A DNA stretch of 64,000 nt from Bigelowiella natans CCMP2755 (Eukaryota > Protista > Cercozoa): contig ADNK01001542.1 in NCBI GenBank assembly GCA_000320545.1, positions 1 to 64,000 on the forward strand. The letters run 5' to 3'. Shown here piece by piece: positions 55,841 through 64,000 of this stretch. Numbering within the stretch: the first letter of the stretch is position 1; every line of letters starts with the position of its first letter. Position numbers and translations under genes: made by a program. The notes under the pieces were generated by a model. It worked only from the letters and a program-made list of their open reading frames with translations, had not been told where the DNA came from and searched no databases.

Positions 55841-56903
55841 TGTGTGCTTTTTCATTCTATTTATGGCATTTACCTTGCTAACAAGCATGTCTTTGTGCTT
55901 CTCATTCTTCCATTCTTCCCGTAGCTATGAAGATGATGATGATGATGACATATATACTGCTCAGCAATCCCAACAACAAGAAAATCAATAACACAACCAA
56001 CCACTAGCAGAATCTATATCTATTCGAATGGACTGCACGTCAGTGCTTCTTCGTGTCATATTCTAAGGTTGCTCTAGTGCCTTGTGCTGTGCGTTACTAA
56101 CTCACCTTCCGTAACCGATTGTCTTCGTTTTCGAATTTTTGATTGAATCTACCAGAGATCATGATGGTGTATAATACAGGCGCATGGTTTATCTTAAATC
56201 AAACTTCACAGTGGTGACTAATAGCTGCGAGGCAGGTCGGAAGCTCATATTTATGGGAACTATTCTTCGATAATAACGGCGTATTTAGCAGTGTGCTTGA
56301 TAGTATTGCTACATATCCGTATAATCATCACTATCATCATCATCATCGTCATCATCATCATCATCATATCGTATTGTTTAGAAGTGAATGACTCGTCAGC
56401 AGCCTTCTCCCAGTCCTTATCATCCCACTAAGAAAAGACATATACATATATATTTAACGCAGCAGTAAATGTGCTGATTATTATGTGAGAGGCGATAAAA
56501 TCACGGGGATGGGCACAATGCGCGCGCGTATAATTTGTCGTACGTGTGTATAATAAATCAATCAACAACCCCGTCTTTTTCCTTTGCATCGCTATCAATC
56601 TCCTTCTTGTTCCCCAAGTTCTCTTTCCTTCGACGGCCACTAATCTGATTGTCATCAAACCACTCAATTATGCATGTCAATAATCTTTGCGTGCGTGCGT
56701 GTCACCTTATCCTTAATCATATGTCGGTAATTCTTTACCATATCCGCCATCTGGGGATTATCTACAAAATGTGTGGAAGACCAAAAGCGACATCTAATCG
56801 TTGTGAGGATTCTTAAAATTAGTTTCAATGTAACGCATACCTTTGAATTTGTACTGATATCGGTTGAGAATGTCTTTGATGGCCTTGCGCCCATCGAAGC
56901 CAT
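44770..56903 (-). CDS. Large multi-exon protein with C-terminal UBA, a WW-like segment and possible WWE-like repeats; function unknown
   Basis: UBA-like KMQKMGFKNVEENIVALSKNAGDIERAVGTL (~45490-45590) and WW-like LASGWEMHVDDISDM|VYYRRPSTNQF (48350/48090), with many GT-AG flanked exons. The 5' end probably extends to ~57650, and the region may be more than one gene. Confidence 0.55.
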
Positions 56904-57953
56904 TTCTTGGGTTGTAAGCAGCCTTTTTCTTCTATAAATGACGATAATATGGGGGGAATCGGGGCCTCGCGTTAAATAGATGAAGATAGGGGTGCTACCG
57001 CCTACTCAATCAACATGCACAGATTGAATCTATTCGGAACAGCAGCCACTACAAATTGAGTTACGTTTTCACCGCATTGATAAATATTCTTGAATTGGTG
57101 TGGAGAAAGAGTCGTTCTAAGCATGTTGACAGCTGCGAATGACCCCGTAGTAACGGTATTATTATTCCCTAAGACAGCAACACCTTCTTCGCCAGGTTGA
57201 GAAGAGGTCTTATTGCCCGATTGCCCGGAAAATATGACTCATCACTCTATGCATATATGGTTAAAGAACTCATCATCACCGCGACATGACTGGATGGTAG
57301 AAGGGTTGCAATACGGTTAATTCATATCTCCACATAGGAATAGCACGTGGTAGCAGCCATTGCAGAGAGTAGTGTGCGAATTACGGTGAACGTGGAGGAG
57401 AGGCAAAGCAGCACAATTATAGATGCGGTCCCAACTTGCACGGTCGAGATACTGCATAGGTGTCAATGGTGAGGACAAAGGAGGCGTGTCTGGAAAAGGA
57501 ACAGAACTCATCGGAACCTTATTCGTTCCATTTGCCATCGAATCGTAGACGTCATCACCACCAGCAATTTGAAGATGGATCAAGACCAATGGCCAGAGTG
57601 CGTTCTCTATTTGCACAGAGAATATCGCCCGCCATGGCAGCAAGGCGCATGCAAGCAACTAAAACGACTGGGGGGGCATTGAGGCAAGGAAGCTGTTTTG
57701 GGGCAGGGGCGCTGCAAGTTCCAAGTAGATCTAGGATAGGATGTTCATCGGACGATATTTTATCTAATATTCGATTTGCAATTTTGGATGAATATAAACG
57801 ACAATTCTGGATCTGCGACAACGGGATTAGCTGCGATTCCTTTAAAACTTTCGTTCACTACCGGTAATTCCTTCTCCCCGATGCATCATCTCAGACCAGC
57901 ATGGAAGCTTGTGTCCGCATAATAGACTGTGATCTCAAACAACAGGAAGGACA

Positions 57954-59713
57954 ATGTCTGTGTCACAATTCTTGGGAAAACATGATTGGAAAGTGAGTGT
58001 TCAAGACGGCGGGACTTACTTGGTTTCTGGGAATCAAACGAGCAATGAAGACAAAAATGTGAGCGAGAAAGTGGAGACACTGGAAAATCAACTCAAGTGT
58101 TGGAAAGAAAACTTGAAACACGAGTTGGAAAAACGAAAGGAAGATGTGTCGAAATGTGAGACTCAATTGAAGACACTGGTAAATGAAATTGAAAATGGAG
58201 ACAGCGATGAAGGAGAGGATGACGATGGGTTGGATGGTGAGTGCAAAAGCGAGACATAATTCGTGAAATTGTGACCCAGCGAGACATTTTAATAAAACAT
58301 CGCGAGAAAATCAATGAAATTACCGACATGTTAAAAGTGGGGAAATTTTGTGATAAGAAGAGTTTGGAAGTCGCTTACAAACTGAGGATGGAGCAATATG
58401 TTTTCAAGCAAATAGACACAAAATTCGTGCAAAAATACAAATTCAACGATGGGAAAATATCAGTTGTGTCTCAGCTGAGCGCTGAAAGTGCTATAGTAGA
58501 TGGGATGTCCTTCACAGGACACAGTGTTCACTCCTTGCGGAAGTGTGGGGACAAAGCAACTCTGGTTGCGGTCGCCCAAGCGGAAATGCAGTTGTCAAAT
58601 TCCCTCCAAACTCTGTATGACAAGACCACTGAAGAAATCGCACGACTGAGAAATGAATATGAGAAGGCAGGCATCAATGACCAAGGAAGAAAGCATAATC
58701 TGGTCGCAGAGGAACTCAAAGCGTTGCGATTACTAGGCAGGATGAAAAAGGGAAAGCATAAAGCTGAGATGCTGGTTATTGCCTACATCGTTGAGAGACT
58801 GGACGACCTCATAGTAGATAAATCGGTGTATATCAACATTCAACAACAACTCGAGTGGAAACGAAAATTGTCGGAGATGAAGGTGTGGAACAAACTGCCG
58901 GATATGATGACTGAGAGGGGTGGTTTGGGTGTGGCTGTTGGGGATGGCAAGCTGTTTGCGGTTGGTGGACATGATGGTAATGATGAACTCAAATCTGGGG
59001 AGTATCTGAATTTGAATGATGTGGATACGGGGTGGAAGAAACTGCCTGATATGAATATTAGGAGATATTGTTTGGGTGTGGCCGTTGGGGATGGCAAGCT
59101 GTTTGCGGTTGGTGGTGGGTATGATGGTGATAATTGCCTCAAATTGGGGGAGTATCTGGATTTGAAGGATGTGGATGCGGGGTGGAAGGAACTGCCTGAT
59201 ATGAGGATTTACAGGGATGATTTTGGTGTGGCTGTTGGGGATGGCAAGCTGTTTGCGGTTGGTGGCGCGGGTGATAATGGTTGTTATCTCCAATCTGGGG
59301 AGTATCTGAATTTGAAGGATGTGGATGCAGGGTGGAAGAAACTGCCTGATATGATGACTAAAAGGGGTTATTTGGGTGTGGCTGTTGGGGATGGCAAGCT
59401 GTTTGCGGTTGGTGGGTATAATAGTACTGAATTCAAATCTGGGGAGTATCTGGATTTGAAGGATGTGGATGCGGGGTGGAAGAAACTGCCTGATATGAGG
59501 ATTGAGAGGAGTAGTTTGGGTGTGGCTGTTGGGGATGGTAAGCTGTTTGCGGTTGGTGGACATGATGGTGATAATTACCTCAAATCTGGGGAGTATCTGG
59601 ATTTGAAGGATGTGGATGCGGGGTGGAAGGAACTGCCTGACATGAGGATTGAGAGGATAGGTGTGGCTGTTGGGGATGGCAAGCTGTTTGCTGTTGGGTG
59701 GGAATGGTGGTAG
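57954..59713 (+). pseudogene. Intronless coiled-coil + Kelch-repeat gene with frameshifts
   Basis: ORF 57954-58259 overlaps ORF 58241-59713 in another frame. There are six Kelch units (GVAVGDGKLFAVGG...SGEYL...W..LPDM). The last unit has a 6-nt deletion and extra G's that shift a recognisable VGGNGGSKSDHCKSGEYL out of frame. A shorter protein from the ATG at ~58328 is possible. Confidence 0.7.
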
Positions 59714-59745
59714 TAAAAGTGATCATTGCAAATCTGGGGAGTATC
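58880..59745 (+). repeat. Tandem array of six 144-150 bp Kelch-coding units
   Basis: The ctgcc(t/g)ga(t/c)atg anchor occurs at 58895, 59042, 59192, 59342, 59486 and 59633; scaffold DNA is nearly identical between units. Confidence 0.95.
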
Positions 59746-59759
59746 TTCGCATCGTTATG

Positions 59760-62000
59760 TAGACAGCTTCGCACACACATCGGATTCTGTCTAGAGAAAT
59801 GTGATCATTCACAGCCATCTACAACTTCGCTCATCAGATGAACATGGACTTTCATCGCCTTTTCTCTTAGTTTGCGACAGAATTCGGAATTCAGTTCGGC
59901 TTTTAGGTTGTCTGTTGCCAGGATGATTTCACTAAGTTCATCATCAATGTCACAGATTTCATTTGCTGTGCTACGTTTGGTCACTTGTTCAATGTTGCTC
60001 GTGTTGATCTCATGGTGAGATGTTTCTTTGAATGAAAATCACAATTGGGTGCTCTGTGAAGGTCATCAACAGGAATCCTTTTGCTGTGAGCACATTGATG
60101 AGCATGCATTTTGCAGCATCGCATGTCAACACAGCACACAGCAGTCGTGCATCATCACACAGCAGTCGCACGTGTCAGCACGATAACGGCGCGCGCGCAT
60201 AGCAGTCGTGCATCAGCACATGGCAGTCGCACATCAGCACGGCAATGATGCTTCAGCACAAACGGGACACACCAGTCGCATGTTGGCACAGACAATTGGT
60301 TTCCACATTCGGACATCGAATGTTGGAAAAGAACGTCGTGCACATTCTCACACATGACATTCATTTGTTTTGTGAAAGCTCATGATGAAATGCCTTTGCA
60401 GACACATCATTCAAATGTCAATAGTTTGTTTTTCAGGTGGGAACACAGACTTGCATGTTCACTGCTTTGCTACTTGGTGATTGCAATTGATGTGTGTTGT
60501 TGTCTTGTTTTCAAACATGTCCAGATTTCTTGGTTCTTTGATGTCTTCGTGAATGATTTTGGGATTGCAGAACTCAAAATTTGCTTTTTGATTCAACTTT
60601 TCTGGTGTTTTTTATTTGTTTGCTTTTCCACGTTTTTTGCTGCATCTGGGCATTCTGGCATTCGGGCATGTTGTCCAGTTGTGTTGTTTTTTTTATGTTC
60701 GCTTCTCTGTGTTCTTCCTTTTGTTGATTTGTTTTTCCTTCACTTGCTTTTCCACACTTTTTGTTGCATCATTGTTTCATCTTTTCTTTGCTTTTGATTC
60801 TGCACGTTTTGTCCGCTGTTCTCATTTCTTCTTTTGACAATCAACATGCATGACTTTCTTCCATCACTTTTGATTTTTTCATCCAAAGCCCAATCCTTTT
60901 TCCATACTGATGACACACTCCTCTTTCAAGCTGCTTTTCATTCCAGCAACATCAAGTTGCATTGCTAAATTGTTTTCATGTTTGCTTTCATTTTCAACAT
61001 GACAATTGATTTTTTGACTTTTCGCACTTGATGTTGTGATTAAGAATTCTCCACATCGTTTTTCTTGTCATTTTTTGTTTTGGGGACCACGGAAATTGGG
61101 GATTTGTTCGCCTCTTTCATTTTCCAAATCAATGTGGGGCTTTGCATGGCTAGATGGGGTCTTGAAAAACAAACTTTCGAATGTGCGCACATGTGCTAGA
61201 TGTGTGCACATGCACACACAATGCTTTGTGCAAATGTGACCCCCAACCTCCAAAAAATGCCCCCCATGCTAACATGAAGCATGGGCATGACAATGCTAAA
61301 ACACTAGAATGTGATGTCATGCAGCGCATGATGCTACATTGCTAGATTGGCACAATGCTAGAATAACACAATGTAGAATGATGCTGTCGCATCGCTTTGT
61401 GAGTACTAGAGTAGGTTGTGCTTCGCACATGCCATGCTTACATGCTGCCATTGGCGGTTGCAATGATTTTATTGTTATTGCTTGCACATTGCACACGGTG
61501 CCAAGCAACTGCACGCGCTGCAAAGAAGCCAACAGCTCTAGAGCTCCAGGATCATGCATCTTGCAACATGTCACCATGTTAGCATGGCGTGATCTTCCAC
61601 AACTAAGCAATCTACCCATATACATTGCACTTGACAGCATCATTATGTTATCTGTGAGACGGATATGACTAAAAGATCACCTAGATTACATTTATTCAAT
61701 GGTCGTCCTAATGTAGCTATGCAAAGCTAGAAAGCAGCGACTGCAGCGCTTTGATGGGCACACAGTAATCATTACTGCGCAACCATGTTACATTCAGACT
61801 AGCTTACACGCGCTGGCGCATTATGGAAATAAGACAGCATGGCCAATGAACAATCTGAGCTGTTCATTTCTAGATTTGAGCTAGAATCGTATGTCGTTGG
61901 CTCGTGAAACAAGAAGGGCGGCACAATGACATACGCTCATTCATCACTACCATACGCACCGACACATTTGACTCGAGCTTGGCAATAATAGGATCATTTT
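59760..62000. repeat. TpA-depleted island 5 between convergent gene ends
   Basis: Very few TA in 60000-61200 despite T-rich composition, with CTAG survivors in 61150-61900. Contains a short tandem unit at 60137-60240 and family B copy 3. Confidence 0.85.
61690..61756 (-). repeat. Dispersed repeat family B, copy 3 (inverted)
   Basis: The reverse complement gcgctgcagtcgctgc...ttgcatagctacattaggacgaccattgaataaa matches 8037-8088. Confidence 0.85.
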
Positions 62001-62154
62001 GTTAATTGTAAACTTATTTCCCTAAAATTCGAGATTCAACACCGCACCATTCTGTCTCCAGAAATGAAGAGCGATTACTGTCTATTGATCTCGCAATGAA
62101 TATTTACATAGCACCTCTCCGTATTCTTCTTCTGTATACACATGCACAACCACT

Positions 62155-64000
62155 TTATCTGTTGCTAAACGTACTTTGCGAGCACATATTTGACGAAGAC
62201 TGGTCATCAGAATCATTCTTGCCCTCAATCTCATCTTGTTCATCGTTCATCATAGCCGAGCTTCGCCAGCCTCCATTACCATCCTTCTCGTTCTTGCTAA
62301 GGAATTGCGACACTGCAGCAGCAACAGGGTGAACGTTGGTCTCAAAGAGCATTGTCCAGTGGTCTCCAGGAGTGTACTTTGTCACCCAGCGTTGGCCATC
62401 ACACACCGATGATGACGATGATCCTGCCGCTACTGATGATGGTGGCGCTGATGATGATGGTGATGATGATGATAGTGATGATGGTGAAGCTATCAAGCTG
62501 CTAGCAAGCTCATCTTCCGAACTCAGCGCAACAGTTCCGACATGCGGCCTCACGCTAAGCACCCTCGTCTCGTCATTGAGGACGAAATCAGAAGGACAGT
62601 AGTACTCATGGAGCAGCTCAGTGCACCGTATAAAGTGACTAGCAGCGAGCCTCGCCACGTCGGGGCTTGCCTTTAGGTCAGGCATTCTAAGCATCATCTT
62701 TGCTACGACGGTGTCCAAGTCCTCCAGAGGCTCCTCCTCTCGGCTACCCCCTTCAAGCTTTATCGGGGCGTCAAACAGCAGCACGTTCGTAACGCTTAGT
62801 CCGGGATGGCTTTGCTGCAGTTGGCGCGCAGCTTCCAAAGCGATCACGCCTCCATATGACCAGCCGCCCAACACCAAAGGGGGGGGAGGGGATAATGATG
62901 ATGATGACGATGATGATGATGATGATGACAAATGCCTCATCTCTTCCTCCTCGTTCAGCCGCTTTAGTATCTAAGATAAACAAGGAAGGAATTAAGTGTG
63001 GGAGATGGGTGGAGATATAACCGTGATTGGGATTTCTACAAAGGGTGCCGCCACACACGCAATACTAGGAGAAATGACCGATCGTGTGGGTTCGCCCTAA
63101 CATTTTATCATTTATATCATGGACTACCTCAGAGATATATATTTCAGCTACTTCCTCAATCGAATCTACCATGAACGGCACTGTGAAAAACACAGTAGAG
63201 TCAGTAAATGGCGAAGAAAATGATGGGTCAAATAAAGAAGTAATAAAACACAAGACACATCGTTATCGTACTCAGAACTACAAATCGTTTGTGCATTTAC
63301 ATTAGGATAAAATTCTCTACTTGCAAGAGGCTGCGCGACATCATCGATGGCAGCAGAAAAATATCATCAAAACAGCTCGAAAAGATACATCGTACTACCC
63401 GAGCCATTTAGAGAATTGTCATCCATAGCAAATATACTATCATAGAGGTCTGTTTGAAGGTGTGCAACCAACGGCCTAAAGCACAACGCACTAGCCCCTG
63501 CTCCGGGAAGCAAGAATAGGCTACTTCTTCCCCCCCCACCTCCTCCCTGCTCGTGATAAGGATGACTATAATATGGTTCTGCTGCCACGATTTCACCATC
63601 TTTATTACTACTATTATTATTATTGTTATTATTACTATTCCTAACACTGATACTATCTGAAGTTGACGTCGTTCTATTTGTCGCAAGGCATAAGATCTGA
63701 TGCTGCTGCAGCTGCTGCTGTTCCACTGTCTTGGATGGTAGAGGCGTCGACGATTCCGCATCCCCCCCCCCCCCAATTCCATCCTCGTCGCCTTCTTTAC
63801 GATAAGATGACAGAACTCCTGCAAGACCTCGAGGAGATGGGTTGTTGAAAACGTCCACTATCGTAAGTGAAGTAGCAGAGGAGGGATGGTCCTCTTGCAG
63901 GTGTGCAAGCAGCTGGATGGCAGAGAGAGAGTCCCCCCCCATTTCGAAGAAGCTGTCATCTGTACTAATATACTGTGACAGGGGAGCACCCTCGTCCTGG
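62155..64000 (-). CDS. C-terminus of an NRPS/PKS megasynthase: thiolation domain + type I thioesterase (5' part outside window)
   Basis: DDSFFEMGGDSLSAIQL (PPant serine). TE motifs LFLLPGAGASA, SIEEVAEIY, LGGWSYGGVIALEAARQL (GxSxG), LLFDAP and PGDHWTML. At least two GT-AG introns. Confidence 0.88.

Noticed and set aside
44770-56903. Ubiquitin-specific protease call for the UBA gene
   Set aside because: No Cys-box or His-box motif was found.
58237-58279. Intron (GTGAGT donor) joining the two Kelch-locus ORFs
   Set aside because: Neither nearby AG (13 or 43 nt downstream) restores the Kelch reading frame, so a frameshift is more likely.
58733-59563. 276-aa antisense ORF
   Set aside because: It is the shadow of the Kelch repeats on the opposite strand.
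58880-59745. CRISPR-like or DGR-like repeat array
   Set aside because: The units are in-frame 144-150 bp Kelch coding repeats in a eukaryotic context, with no cas or reverse transcriptase gene in the window.
60155-61668. Phe/Cys-rich ORFs resembling membrane proteins
   Set aside because: They come from T-rich, TA-depleted non-coding or decayed sequence.
9767-64000. A single biosynthetic gene cluster spanning both NRPS-like genes
   Set aside because: The intervening genes (helicase, RCC1, UBA, Kelch) are not tailoring enzymes, and proximity alone is insufficient.

Overview
Eukaryotic nuclear DNA, intron-rich and with GT-AG introns. It comes from a probably flagellated protist or alga; a chlorarachniophyte-like origin is my inference and is not proven. 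About nine protein genes alternate strictly in orientation: a chagasin-type cysteine protease inhibitor (-), DZIP1/Iguana-like (+), an NRPS-like A-T-ankyrin enzyme (-), an Mss116/RH31-type DEAD-box helicase (+), a large RCC1-repeat protein (-), an AAAP/AVT1-like amino acid transporter (+), a WW/UBA multidomain protein (-), a frameshifted Kelch-repeat gene (+), and the T-TE end of an NRPS/PKS (-). The most striking signal is non-coding. Every 3'-flank or convergent spacer is an island depleted of the dinucleotide TpA (none at all in bases 1-754), while CpG is kept and the surviving TA is mostly in CTAG. Aligned repeat copies show TA, CA and TG at the same site. This points to a targeted TpA->TpG/CpA hypermutation process that runs opposite to fungal RIP. 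Exon boundaries were read by eye and are approximate.
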